Part shown: piece after piece, positions 9,001-18,185 of the stretch | Layout of the letters: every line of letters starts with the position of its first letter | Numbering within the stretch: position 1 is the stretch's first letter | Source of the DNA: Acidimicrobiales bacterium | Lineage (GTDB): Bacteria; Actinomycetota; Acidimicrobiia; Acidimicrobiales; GCA-2861595 | NCBI GenBank assembly: GCA_035689115.1 | Contig: DASSMA010000083.1 | Location: 1-48,636, forward strand | DNA length: 48,636 nt | Direction: 5' to 3' | The notes under the pieces: generated by a model | What the model saw: only the letters and a program-made list of their open reading frames with translations | What the model was told of the DNA's origin: nothing | Databases searched by the model: none | Position numbers and translations under genes: made by a program

Positions 9001-9595
9001 CTCGCGCCGGCGTCCTCGACCGGCCGGGCCGGGCGGTCGCGCAGCAGGTCACCGGGACGCGGCCGGCCGTCGAGGCGGGCGCTGCCGAGCAGGTCGCTGA
9101 TGAGGTCCCGGGCCGAGACCAGCGTGTGCTCGAGCGCTTCCTGGGAGGTCTGCTTCTCGTCGAGCAGGAGTGCGAGATGGGCCGCCGAGAGGCCCTGGAC
9201 GATCTCGTCGTTGATCTGGAGCGCCTGCCGCTGGCGCTCACGCAGGTCGTCGAACAGCTTGGCGCCCCGCATCAGGGGGCCGTACGTCCGCCGCAGTGAC
9301 CAGTAGTAGACGCCGATCGCCGCGGTGGAGAGGTCCCACACCGCCTCGTGCCAGTCGAGGTTGGTGCGAATCGCACTCCCGGCCACGCGGTCGAGGCCGA
9401 GCGTGGGCAACAGCAGGTGCTCGGCGTGCAGGGCGTGCCCGATGCCGCAGCGAAGAAGATCATCGCCGTCGCCAGGCCCAGCCGGTTGGACCTGACCTGG
9501 CCCGAGCGGGCGAGGGGTACGAGGACGGCGAGTGCGATGGCCATGTAGACGACGAACAGCATCAGATTGGCCACAAGCGTGAGCTTCCACCACAT
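8997..9595 (-). CDS. Membrane-anchored HisKA_3-like sensor remnant with no ATPase domain. The reading frame is broken by a -1 shift near 9439-9441.
   Basis: The 5' part (frame of ORF 9272..9769) encodes 'MWWKLTLVANLMLFVVYMAIALAVLV...MIFFAAASG'. The 3' part (frame of ORF 8997..9692) encodes 'HALHAEHLLL...ERQRQALQINDEIVQGLSAAHLAL'. Restoring one G in a GGG run joins them. 'ERQRQALQINDEIVQGLS' aligns to the DesK/NarX H-box 'ERERIARDLHDTLGQKLS' with His replaced by Asn. A GGAG lies 7-10 nt upstream of the ATG at 9595. Confidence 0.5.
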
Positions 9596-9756
9596 GGCGA
9601 CGCTCCATGAATAGGACTGGCCGGGCGCCAGGCCTGCTCCCGCGCGCGGAGGTGGTCCACCATTGTTGGGCCGGGCTGCCATGCACTGCCATAGCCCGGA
9701 CGGGTCATTTCCGCTGGTGCGCGGCGCCGGCCGCGGCGATAGCGTCGGCACCCGAG

Positions 9757-11229
9757 ATGGCTCCCGCACGAAGGCCCACGATCGGCCGAGCCCAGGTCGA
9801 GGCGGCGGTCTCGAAGCTGCAGGACCGCATCGGAGAGACGATGGCGAGGACGGGCGTGCCCGGGCTGGCGGCCGGCGTGGTCTTCGACGACGAGGTGATC
9901 CTGGCCCGCGGCTTCGGCGTGAGCGCCCTCGGCGGGTCCGACGAGGTCGGACCCGACACGGTGTTCCAGATCGCCTCGCTGTCGAAGTCGCTGGGGTCCT
10001 CGGTCATGTGCGCGCTGGTGCGGGAGGGGGCGCTGGCCTGGGACGACCCCGTGCGAACGGGGATCCCGGAGTTCGCGCTCGCGGACCCGTGGGTCTCCGA
10101 GCACGTCACCTTCGCCGATCTCTTCAGCCACCGCAGCGGGCTGCCCGAGCACGCCGGCGACCTGCTCGAGGATCTCGGCTACGACCGCGACACCGTGCTG
10201 GCGCGCCTTCGTCTCTACCCGCTCGCCCCCTTCCGGGCCTCCTACGGCTACACCAACTTCGGGTTGACCGCGGCGGGCGTGGCCGGCGCCGCCCGGGCCG
10301 GCACGACGTGGGAGGGCGCCTCGGAGGACCTCCTCTACAAGCCGCTCGGCATGGCCAGTACCAGCTCCACCTACGCAGGCTTCAGGTCGCGCCCGAACCG
10401 GGCCACCGGCCATGTCCGCCGGGACGGACGCTGGATGGTCACGCCCCAGCCCCGCCAGCCCGACGGCCAGTCGCCGGCGGGGGGCGTGTCGAGCAGCGTC
10501 GACGACCTGCTCCTGTGGCTGGCCACGATGCTCCGGGACGGCGCCACCGCCGGCGGGTACGTCGTCGACCCGGGAGCGCTGGCGCAGAGCTGGCTGCCGC
10601 ACGCCATCTCGAATCCGCCGGACGGTCCCACCGCCCGGGCCGGCTTCTACGGCCTCGGCTTGAACGTGGCCTACGATGGGGGCGGGCGGCTCCGCCTGGG
10701 CCACTCGGGCGCCTTCGCCCTCGGCGCGGGCACCGCCATGACGTTCTATCCGGCCGAGCGGATGGGCATCGTGGTGCTCACCAACGGCGAGCCCACCGGT
10801 GTGGCCGAGGCCACCACCGAGAGCTTCTGCGACGACGTGTTCCTCGGTGCACAGCGCAACGACTGGCTGGCGGTGATCGGCCCGTACTTCGACCGGCTGA
10901 TCCATCCGGCGCCGAAGAAGGACTTCGCCGCCGGAGGGGAAGCGGCCGGGCCCGAGGAGCGCTACACCGGCACCTACGACAGCGACCTGTACGGCCGGCT
11001 CGTGGTCGATGCCCGGCCGGGCGGCGGGTTGCAGCTCACGCTCGGTCCCGACCGGCACGCGTACCTGCTGCAACCACACGAGGGCGACGAGATGTGGTGG
11101 CAGTTCGCCGGCGAGAACGCGGGGCCGCCGGCGGCGGCGACGTTCACCGTGACCGCCGGCGATCGCGCCACCGCGGTGACGCTGGACCATTTCGACAGCG
11201 AGGGGCTGGGTACCTTCACCCGGCGTTGA
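9757..11229 (+). CDS. Serine hydrolase of the beta-lactamase / class-C PBP-like family
   Basis: The S-x-x-K motif is present ('QIASLSKSLGS'), followed by 'YGYTNFG' and 'GHSG'. The ATG at 9757 is chosen; the upstream part of the ORF looks non-coding. Confidence 0.8.
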   Translation: MAPARRPTIGRAQVEAAVSKLQDRIGETMARTGVPGLAAGVVFDDEVILARGFGVSALGGSDEVGPDTVFQIASLSKSLGSSVMCALVREGALAWDDPVRTGIPEFALADPWVSEHVTFADLFSHRSGLPEHAGDLLEDLGYDRDTVLARLRLYPLAPFRASYGYTNFGLTAAGVAGAARAGTTWEGASEDLLYKPLGMASTSSTYAGFRSRPNRATGHVRRDGRWMVTPQPRQPDGQSPAGGVSSSVDDLLLWLATMLRDGATAGGYVVDPGALAQSWLPHAISNPPDGPTARAGFYGLGLNVAYDGGGRLRLGHSGAFALGAGTAMTFYPAERMGIVVLTNGEPTGVAEATTESFCDDVFLGAQRNDWLAVIGPYFDRLIHPAPKKDFAAGGEAAGPEERYTGTYDSDLYGRLVVDARPGGGLQLTLGPDRHAYLLQPHEGDEMWWQFAGENAGPPAAATFTVTAGDRATAVTLDHFDSEGLGTFTRR

Positions 11230-11378
11230 CGCCCTGCGGCCGAGGGCTCGTCAGCCCCGGAACACCCCGTTGACGGCGGTTCCGCAGGTCGGGCAGGGCC
11301 AGCGGCCGGCCCCTCTTCGCTGGCACAGGAGCACTCGCCGCGCGGCTGAGCCCGGTCGGTGGTGGGTAGGGCCTCGAC

Positions 11379-12434
11379 GTGCCCGACCTGACCGCGACCC
11401 TCGCAGGCGCCGATGCCGCCCCCGCACCCCGGCCCGGCCCCCGTCTCCCGCTGCCCCGTGGGCCGCGGAGCGAGCGACTGGTCGCCGTGCTCCGGCGCCG
11501 ACCACACGATCCGGGGCGGCTGCCCGACGGAGACGACGCCCTCGACGGCGAGGACACCCCGCTGGCGATCCACGTCCTCTACGAGCTCCACTACCGCGGG
11601 TTCGACGGGGTGGACGAGCGCTGGGAATGGGAGCCCGGCCTGCTGCGCGAGCGCCGCCGTCTCGAGGAGGAGTTCGAGGGCCGCCTCGTCGCCACCGTCG
11701 GGCCACCCCCGATCGCGCCGACCGCGAACGAGGTCACCGGCGAGCTCGACGGCCTCCTCCACCGGGAGTGCCCCTCGCTGTCGCGGTGGATCCTCGAGCA
11801 CGGCGGCCTGCGGGAGCTTCGGGAGCTGGCGGTCCATCGCTCGATCTACCAGCTCCGGGAGGCCGATTCCCACACGTTCGCCATCCCGCGCCTGTTCGGC
11901 GGGCCCAAAGCGGCACTGGTCGAGATCCAGCGGGGCGAGTACGGCGACGGCGCTCCGGCCGGCGTGCACGCCGAGGTCTTCGGCGAGACCATGGTGGCGC
12001 TCGGGCTCGACGCCACCTACGGCGCTTATCTCGACCACACCCCGGGCACCACCCTGTCGACGGTCAACCTGGTCGACCTGTTCGGGCTCCACCGGCGCTG
12101 GCGCGGAGCCCTCGCCGGCCATCTCGCCCACTTCGAGATGGCGTCCGCCGTCCCCATGGGCCGGTACGCCGCCGCGCTGCGGGCCGCCGGGCGACCCAGC
12201 GCGGCGCGCTTCTACGACCTCCACGTGGAGGCCGACGCCCACCACGGGCCGGTCGGGCGCGACCTGCTCGCCGCCGGCCTGGCCCGCGTCGAACCGGCCG
12301 TCGCCGGCGACATCGTGTTCGGGGCGCGGGCCCTGGCCGCCGTGGAAGACCGCTTCGCAACGGCGATCATGGAACGCTGGGCGTGCGGCGATTCGTCCCT
12401 GCGCCGGCCCATCCGCTGCGACGGCGGGACATGA
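11379..12434 (+). CDS. Iron-containing redox enzyme family protein (haem-oxygenase-like fold)
   Basis: 'HVLYELHYRGFDGVDERWEWEPGLL...GEYGDG...HAEVF' is typical of this actinobacterial family. The stop overlaps the next ATG as ATGA. Confidence 0.65.
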   Translation: MPDLTATLAGADAAPAPRPGPRLPLPRGPRSERLVAVLRRRPHDPGRLPDGDDALDGEDTPLAIHVLYELHYRGFDGVDERWEWEPGLLRERRRLEEEFEGRLVATVGPPPIAPTANEVTGELDGLLHRECPSLSRWILEHGGLRELRELAVHRSIYQLREADSHTFAIPRLFGGPKAALVEIQRGEYGDGAPAGVHAEVFGETMVALGLDATYGAYLDHTPGTTLSTVNLVDLFGLHRRWRGALAGHLAHFEMASAVPMGRYAAALRAAGRPSAARFYDLHVEADAHHGPVGRDLLAAGLARVEPAVAGDIVFGARALAAVEDRFATAIMERWACGDSSLRRPIRCDGGT

Positions 12435-12900
12435 CAGGCGCCCGCACCGCCGCCATCCGCCGGCTCTTCCGGCCTGTCGTCGTGCGCCGGGAGGTCCCGG
12501 CGCCGCCGGACGAGGTGTACGCCGTCCTCGCCGAACCGTCCAGCTACCCGGACTGGCTCGTCGGCGCCCCGGCGCATCCGCAACGTGGACCGGCGGGTTC
12601 CCGGAGCCGGGAGCCGGCTTCGAGCACACCGTCGGCGCCCCGGGCCCCCTCCGGGTCGACGACGCCACCCGGAGCGCCGGCGCCGATCCCGGCCGCCACC
12701 TCGCCCTCGTCGCCAAGGCGGGGGCCTTCCGGGCCTGGGTCGAGTTCCACCTCGAACCGGACGGGCCGGGAGGCACCCTCGTCAGCTTCCGCGAGCAGCC
12801 GCTCTGGCCCGTCGCTGCCCTCACGCCGCTCCTGCGCCGGACGCTCGTCTTGCGCAACGAGGCGTCCCTCCAACGCCTGGCCGAGCGCTTCGGCGGCTGA
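12431..12900 (+). CDS. SRPBCC (polyketide cyclase/dehydrase-like) protein, with an apparent -1 frameshift near 12575-12590
   Basis: The N-terminus 'MTGARTAAIRRLFRPVVVRREVPAPPDEVYAVLAEPSSYPDWLVGA' is in frame 2. The C-terminus '...TWTGGFPEPGAGFEHTVGAPGPLRVDD...GTLVSFREQPLWPVAAL...' is in frame 1 and ends at 12900. The start is ATGA-coupled to the upstream gene. Confidence 0.5.
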
Positions 12901-12938
12901 CCTCCGGCACCAACGTAGAGTTCCGCCGTGGTGGGCTG

Positions 12939-13439
12939 ATGGGCGGCACTGGGGACGGCGCTGCGCCGGCCGTCACGGTCACGAACTGGCTCGCCCGGGT
13001 CGCCATGGGGCTCATGTTCGGGTTCTGGGCCACCGTGCTGGTCATCCTCCCTGCCGCCCTCGCTCCGCCGAAGCCATGGTCCGCGGCGCTGCTTCCCCTG
13101 GCCTTCGTCGCCGCCTTCGGCCGGGCCCTGCGCATCCGGCTCGTCCTCGGGACCTCGACGGTGAGGATCTACAACTACTTCGAGACCGTCGCCATCGAGG
13201 TGGCCGACGTCGAGGCGCTCGTGCCGGGCGCGGCGCGGGTGCTGTCTCCCGGCGGTGGGGCGTGCGCCGGCTTCCAGGTGGCCGGGCGACCGGCGCCCTA
13301 CCCGGCCATGGCGACGATGTCGTGGAGCTGGACGTTCGGGGGGCCGAGCAGGAAGTCGAGGAAGCTCTTCCGCCTGCTCTCCGACTGGGCGGCGGCACAC
13401 GGGATCCCCATGCGGCTGGAGGCGCGCCATCTCGGCTGA
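12939..13439 (+). CDS. Hypothetical membrane protein
   Basis: Two hydrophobic helices are present ('WLARVAMGLMFGFWATVLVILPAALAPP', 'ALLPLAFVAAFG'). The ATG at 12939 is in frame. Confidence 0.5.
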   Translation: MGGTGDGAAPAVTVTNWLARVAMGLMFGFWATVLVILPAALAPPKPWSAALLPLAFVAAFGRALRIRLVLGTSTVRIYNYFETVAIEVADVEALVPGAARVLSPGGGACAGFQVAGRPAPYPAMATMSWSWTFGGPSRKSRKLFRLLSDWAAAHGIPMRLEARHLG

Positions 13440-13466
13440 CGGTGCCGGGGATGGCATCCTTCCGCC

Positions 13467-13847
13467 GTGCGTCTCTGGAGCCGCCCTCCCGGTGGCTGCC
13501 GCCGGTTCCGCGGGTCCCTGGTGCGGTTCCGGTTCTCGCGCGGCGGGTTCTGGAACAGCCTCACGGCTTGCGAGGAGTCGCTGACGCTGGGTCGCTGGCC
13601 GTTGGGCGATGTCGTCGTCAGGCGGGAGGTGACGAGGGCGGTCGGGATCCAGAAGACGTCGCTGCCGCTGTGGTGGCGCACCGACGTCCGGTTCGACACC
13701 GACGGCCCCGGAGCGCCGTACATCTTTGTGCCGTTCCGGCCCCGGCTCCTCGAGCAGCGCCTGCGGGCCATGGGCTGGCCGGTCGAGCGCCTCGAGGACG
13801 TGCGCCTGTCCCGCCTCTGGCGTCGTGGGCGGTCGTCAGGAAGGTGA
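13467..13847 (+). CDS. Hypothetical protein (start uncertain)
   Basis: The latter two thirds are protein-like ('DVVVRREVTRAVGIQKTSLPLWWRTDVRFDTDGPGAPYIFVPFRPRLLEQRLRAMGWPVERLEDV'). There is no family signature. Confidence 0.3.
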   Translation: MRLWSRPPGGCRRFRGSLVRFRFSRGGFWNSLTACEESLTLGRWPLGDVVVRREVTRAVGIQKTSLPLWWRTDVRFDTDGPGAPYIFVPFRPRLLEQRLRAMGWPVERLEDVRLSRLWRRGRSSGR

Positions 13848-13918
13848 GACCGAAGCCGTGGGCGGTATGGTGCGCTCTTCGCTGGTCTGACCAGACCTGA
13901 ACGAGCGAGGGGGACGAC

Positions 13919-14338
13919 GTGGACAATTCCGTGACGATGCGAAGCACCTACGAACGCATCAGCGCCGGCGACATCGACGGCTTCGGGGCGCTGGTGGCCG
14001 ACGGCTTCGTCGAGAATCAGGGTGGTCCGGGCTTCCCGCCCACCAAGGAGGGGACGCTGGCGTTCTTCCGGACTCTCGTGGGCGCCTTCCCCGACCTGCA
14101 CATGGCCGTCGAGGACCTGCTCGCCGACGGCGACAAGACCGTCGCGCGGGTGCGGGCGACGGGGACGCAGCAGGGCGAGTTCATGGGCGTGCCCGCCACC
14201 GGCAACGCCGTCGACATCCAGCTGATCGACATCATGCGGTTCGACGACGCCGGCCTGGTGTGCGAGCACTGGGGCGTCGCCGACATGCTGTCGCTCATGC
14301 AGCAGCTCGGCGTCGTGCCCGCCGGCCCGCCGGAGTAG
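13919..14338 (+). CDS. SnoaL-like ester cyclase / NTF2-fold protein
   Basis: 'ERISAGDIDGFGALVADGFVENQG...FPDLHMAVEDLLADGDKTVARVRATGTQQGEFMGVPATGNAVDIQLIDIMRF' is classic for the ester-cyclase family. Confidence 0.75.
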   Translation: MDNSVTMRSTYERISAGDIDGFGALVADGFVENQGGPGFPPTKEGTLAFFRTLVGAFPDLHMAVEDLLADGDKTVARVRATGTQQGEFMGVPATGNAVDIQLIDIMRFDDAGLVCEHWGVADMLSLMQQLGVVPAGPPE

Positions 14339-14355
14339 GCAGCGCGAGCGGGCGG

Positions 14356-15711
14356 TCACGACTCCGGGGCCGCCCGTTCCTCCGCCTGGCGCGCCGCGGC
14401 GAGCACGGCGTCGTACCGCCTTCGGACGTCGGCCCGGTCGCCGGGCTCGGGCACCGACTCGTCGCAACCCCGCTGGATCATGGCGGCCTGGTCGAGCAGG
14501 GCGGCCCGCTGGTCGGCGGTGGTTGTGTGGCCCATGATCGCGGCCAGGGCGTCGAGCTGGCGGATCATCACCGCCGGCATCCCCGCCGAGGCCTGGCGGA
14601 TGGTGTCGAAGGCCCGGTCGACGACGCGCTCGTAGCGGAGCCTGGCGGCGATGACCCGCACGTACCCCTGGCGGTCCCGGTGCACGGCCGCCGGCCTCCA
14701 CCGCGCCGTGATCTTGCACAGGCCGTCGCTCAGCCAGTCGATGCAGGTGAGGGCGCTGAAGGTGTCGTTGACCGCAGGGGACAGCGCCCGGATGGCGATC
14801 TCGACGAGCTGGTCGATGGCGAAGGTGAGGTCCTGCGCCAGCGTGCGGTGGGGCCCCGTGAGGTGGGCCCGCTCGAGGCTGCGGGTGACCTGCGGCACGG
14901 CCTCGGCCGGCCAGACATGGGCGAGCGGGCCGCCGGCCACGACGAAGTGGCCGGGGCGGTGGGTGAGCCGGATCACCGCCTGCGCCTCCGCCGCGATCGT
15001 GACCAGCGTGTCGAAGGCGACGAGCTGGAGGTAGCCGCTCGCGGGTGCGGGCACGGCGGCACCGCCGTCGTCGATGCGGCGGCGGAGCTCGGCGACGGGC
15101 AGGCCGGCCTCGGGCCCGCGGTGCTCGCCGGCGCCGATGTCCTCGGCCTCGATGGCCGCCGCCAGGTCGCGGGCGATGCTCGCGATCACCTGGGGCAGCT
15201 GGATCGACGTGGCCACGTGGTGGATGAAGTAGATCAGCACTCCGAGCGAGAGCAGCACCAGGGCCAGTGCCACGGTGATCGACGCGTGCGGCACGTACTC
15301 GCCGTGTGAGCCGGTGGAGATCGAGCCGAGGGCGAGCACGGCGAACACGAACGTGGCGACGAAGGTGCCGAGGGTCACCTGGGTGCCGCGGTCGCGGATG
15401 AAGTTTCCGAGGATCCGCGGCCCGAACTGCGTGGAGGCGAGCGTGAGGGCGACGATGGTGATGGAGAACACCAGGCCGACCACCGTGATCACGGCGGCGG
15501 CGATGGCGGTGAGGATCTGGCGGGCGGCGTCGGCCGAGCCGTTGTCGATCCAGGAGGGCAGCGTGATGTCGCCGCGGTAGGCGGCCTTGTCGACCAGCTG
15601 GATCGCGACGAACAGGAGGACGGCGCCGGCGACCTCGATGGTGGGGATCAGCCAGAGGTTGGTGCGGAGGGCGTGGCTGCGTGCTGCGGGCGCCCGCCAG
15701 CGACGGCTCAT
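14356..15711 (-). CDS. DUF2254-family membrane protein
   Basis: It has a multi-TM N-terminus and a conserved soluble C-terminal domain ('ALSPAVNDTFSALTCIDWLSDGL'). Confidence 0.7.
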   Translation of the reverse strand: MSRRWRAPAARSHALRTNLWLIPTIEVAGAVLLFVAIQLVDKAAYRGDITLPSWIDNGSADAARQILTAIAAAVITVVGLVFSITIVALTLASTQFGPRILGNFIRDRGTQVTLGTFVATFVFAVLALGSISTGSHGEYVPHASITVALALVLLSLGVLIYFIHHVATSIQLPQVIASIARDLAAAIEAEDIGAGEHRGPEAGLPVAELRRRIDDGGAAVPAPASGYLQLVAFDTLVTIAAEAQAVIRLTHRPGHFVVAGGPLAHVWPAEAVPQVTRSLERAHLTGPHRTLAQDLTFAIDQLVEIAIRALSPAVNDTFSALTCIDWLSDGLCKITARWRPAAVHRDRQGYVRVIAARLRYERVVDRAFDTIRQASAGMPAVMIRQLDALAAIMGHTTTADQRAALLDQAAMIQRGCDESVPEPGDRADVRRRYDAVLAAARQAEERAAPES

Positions 15712-15756
15712 GGGCCGATCCTCGCGGACGGGGCGCCGGTGCGCACCCAGGGTGGG

Positions 15757-17961
15757 TCAGGCGAACAGGGCCCGGAGGACGGGGAACCCCTTGACGAGGA
15801 CGAATGCGTTGTCGGCGTGCAGGGAGACGGCGACGTGCCGGCCGGTGGTCGACCGGATCACGAGGGTCCCGTTGGCGGAGCGGGGTTCGCCGAGCGTGTT
15901 CCAGGGGAGCACCTGGTCGGGCTTGCGCCGGTGGGCGACCCCGCCCCGGGAGAGCACGGCGTCGCCGATCGTGACCGTCGCCCCGGTGCGAAGGGTGCCG
16001 GCCAGGGACTCGACGAGCCGGGGTGCCACCTGCGACGCCAGGACGTCCCAGGCGTAGCTGGTCATGGGGAGAAGCGGGTTGGACGACGACCCTCCGCTGC
16101 TCGCCGCCTTGAGCCGGAAGCGCCGCCCGTCCATCGTGCCGATCCTGATCTCGGCGCTGGTGGCCATCTGCTGGCGCTTGACGACGAAGGCGGCCGACGC
16201 GATGGCGGCATAGGGGATCACGTCGTTCCCGAGGGCGATGGCGGTGGGCGAGACAGCCATCTGCGCCCTCCGGCCCAGCCCGGCCGGGACCTCGATCTGC
16301 CACGACCACCCACCCCCCATGGGTGCGAAGGGAGGAACGGGCGGCTGGAGGAGCGGCGGAGCGGGGGCGGGGGCCGCCTGCGGGATCGGCGCCGGCGCCG
16401 GCGGCGCCTGCACCATCGGCGGCTCCACGCTCGCCGGCACCGCCGCCGCCGCGTCGCCCGAGAGCGTGACCTCGCCGCGCAGGGCGAGGTCGACGAGCTG
16501 GTCGAGTGCGAGAGCCGAACCGGCGGCGTCGACGACCGAGAGAGGACCTGCCCACGAGAAGGCCAGCCGCACGCCGGGGGTGGCGAGTGCCCGGTCGACC
16601 ACCACCGCCCGCTCGGCGGCGGCCACCACGCGCTCGCGCTCGTCGGGCGTGCCCGTCCGCCAGCCGGCGGCGATGAGGGCGGCGGCGAAGTCGCGCTGGA
16701 TCCCGTGGTCACGGACGGACCGGAGGCCGGCCACGCCCGCCGGCAGCCGGAGCTGCTCGAGCACTCGGTCGGCCACCCGGGCCCGCCCCCGCTGGGCCGG
16801 CGCGAACACGACGTCGGGCCACTGCTCCCACGGCGCCACCTGCGACACGGAGCCCCCATTGACCAGGCGGAGCCAGTGCTCGTCGGCGGCCATGAGGACG
16901 CGCTGCGGGTCGCGGAGGACGGCGCGCGCAGCCCGCTGGTCGGGCGCCGGCGTCCCCTCCTCGGGAAGGGCGCCGAGCTGGGCGATCCGCTGCTCCGTCG
17001 GTGGGTGGGACGCCCACGGGTGGCCGACAGCGGCGGCCCGGCCGGCCAGCAGCTCCCTGACGCGCGCCGGCTGGACGAGGAGCTCCCGCAGGCCGCGACC
17101 GACGTCGTCGGGCCGGTAGCCGGCGTCCAGCATCGGCACCAGGTAGGTGTTCCGCAGCAGCGCCTCGGCCCGGGCGGCGACCTCGAGCCGCGCCAGGGCG
17201 TCGGCGATCGCCTGGCGGCCGGCGACGCGGACGGCGGCCCGGTCGGCGACCAGCTCCTGGCCGCGGCGCACGGCGGCCGTGATCCGCCGCTGGAGCTCCC
17301 AGTACTTGACGAAGACCAGGGCGACCCGCGAGCCCTTGAGCGTCTCGACGACCCGCGCCAGCGCCTGCTCGGTGCGGAACGTGAGGGGGCCGAGCCGGGT
17401 GTCGCCGCCGCTGAAGTGTCCCATCTCGTGGGCCAGCACGGCCCGGAGCTGGGAGACGGTGAGCACGTCGAACAGCGGCGTGCCGATGGCCAGCGTGCGG
17501 CGGCGGGAGAACAGCCCGAGGAGCGGGCCGAACTCGTACACGTAGGCGTTCACGTCGGAGACCAGCACGACCCGGTCGGGCACGGGAGCGCCGGCCACCC
17601 CGGCCACCTCGCGGACAAGGGCGAACAAGCCCGGCTCGTCCGCTTCCGACAGCTCGAACTCGTCCTTCGGCCGCTCGGGCGACTTCACCATGGCGACGAG
17701 GGCGCGGCCGAGGCCGAGGGCGACCGCCGCGGTGAGGATCACCAGGCCGAACTGCACCCGGCCGAGCCGGTAGATCACCACGTTCACCGCGACCAGCGCG
17801 AGGACGACGGCAGCCCCGAGGACCGGCACGCCGACCAGCAGGGCGACGGACACCATGGCGCGGAGGACCAGCGACTGCGGGGGCTTCGGCGGGGTGGTGG
17901 AAGGGGCCGGCAGCACCACCGGGTCGAGGCTCAGCACCGGTGCGCTGGCGACGTCGGGCAT
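15757..17961 (-). CDS. M48-family zinc metalloprotease (HtpX-like) with a long C-terminal extension including a PH-like terminal domain
   Basis: Two N-terminal transmembrane helices precede the 'HEMGH' zincin motif. The ATG at 17961 is chosen ('MPDVASAPVL...'); the upstream part of ORF 18252 looks like noise. Confidence 0.75.
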   Translation of the reverse strand: MPDVASAPVLSLDPVVLPAPSTTPPKPPQSLVLRAMVSVALLVGVPVLGAAVVLALVAVNVVIYRLGRVQFGLVILTAAVALGLGRALVAMVKSPERPKDEFELSEADEPGLFALVREVAGVAGAPVPDRVVLVSDVNAYVYEFGPLLGLFSRRRTLAIGTPLFDVLTVSQLRAVLAHEMGHFSGGDTRLGPLTFRTEQALARVVETLKGSRVALVFVKYWELQRRITAAVRRGQELVADRAAVRVAGRQAIADALARLEVAARAEALLRNTYLVPMLDAGYRPDDVGRGLRELLVQPARVRELLAGRAAAVGHPWASHPPTEQRIAQLGALPEEGTPAPDQRAARAVLRDPQRVLMAADEHWLRLVNGGSVSQVAPWEQWPDVVFAPAQRGRARVADRVLEQLRLPAGVAGLRSVRDHGIQRDFAAALIAAGWRTGTPDERERVVAAAERAVVVDRALATPGVRLAFSWAGPLSVVDAAGSALALDQLVDLALRGEVTLSGDAAAAVPASVEPPMVQAPPAPAPIPQAAPAPAPPLLQPPVPPFAPMGGGWSWQIEVPAGLGRRAQMAVSPTAIALGNDVIPYAAIASAAFVVKRQQMATSAEIRIGTMDGRRFRLKAASSGGSSSNPLLPMTSYAWDVLASQVAPRLVESLAGTLRTGATVTIGDAVLSRGGVAHRRKPDQVLPWNTLGEPRSANGTLVIRSTTGRHVAVSLHADNAFVLVKGFPVLRALFA

Positions 17962-18185
17962 CCACTCATGATCGAGGCCCGCACGGCTGTGCTCAAACCA
18001 TTTCGGAAGGCGGTGGCCGCCTTCCGGCGGAAATGTCCCATCCCGCCGGGCGCCGGGCGCCGTAGAAGCGCCGTGACCCACCACACCGAGGCGGTGCAGC
18101 ACGGGCCGGCATGCAAGCCGGCACGGGTCACCGGCCCGCCCCTCCGGGCCCGGCCGGCTCCCGCCCCGACCATCTGACGGAGAAC

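Noticed and set aside
7105-9306. Long plus-strand ORF (733 aa) opposite the histidine-kinase operon. Similar long ORFs are 15673..18177 (+), 13298..16555 (-), 10974..13457 (-), 4416..6692 (+), 35708..37573 (-), 41976..44405 (-), 18587..20080 (-), 24539..26713 (-), 3452..4969 (+) and 9562..11190 (-).
   Set aside because: These are antisense shadows of well-supported genes. Their composition is Arg/Gly/Pro/Ala-rich and low-complexity, with no family signatures. Open frames on the opposite strand are expected at ~70% GC.
11270-13900. 876-aa plus-strand ORF spanning several genes.
   Set aside because: It is a read-through frame. It contains only the N-terminal half of the SRPBCC gene (12431..) in frame, and the rest is low-complexity. 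It has been replaced by the individual gene models.
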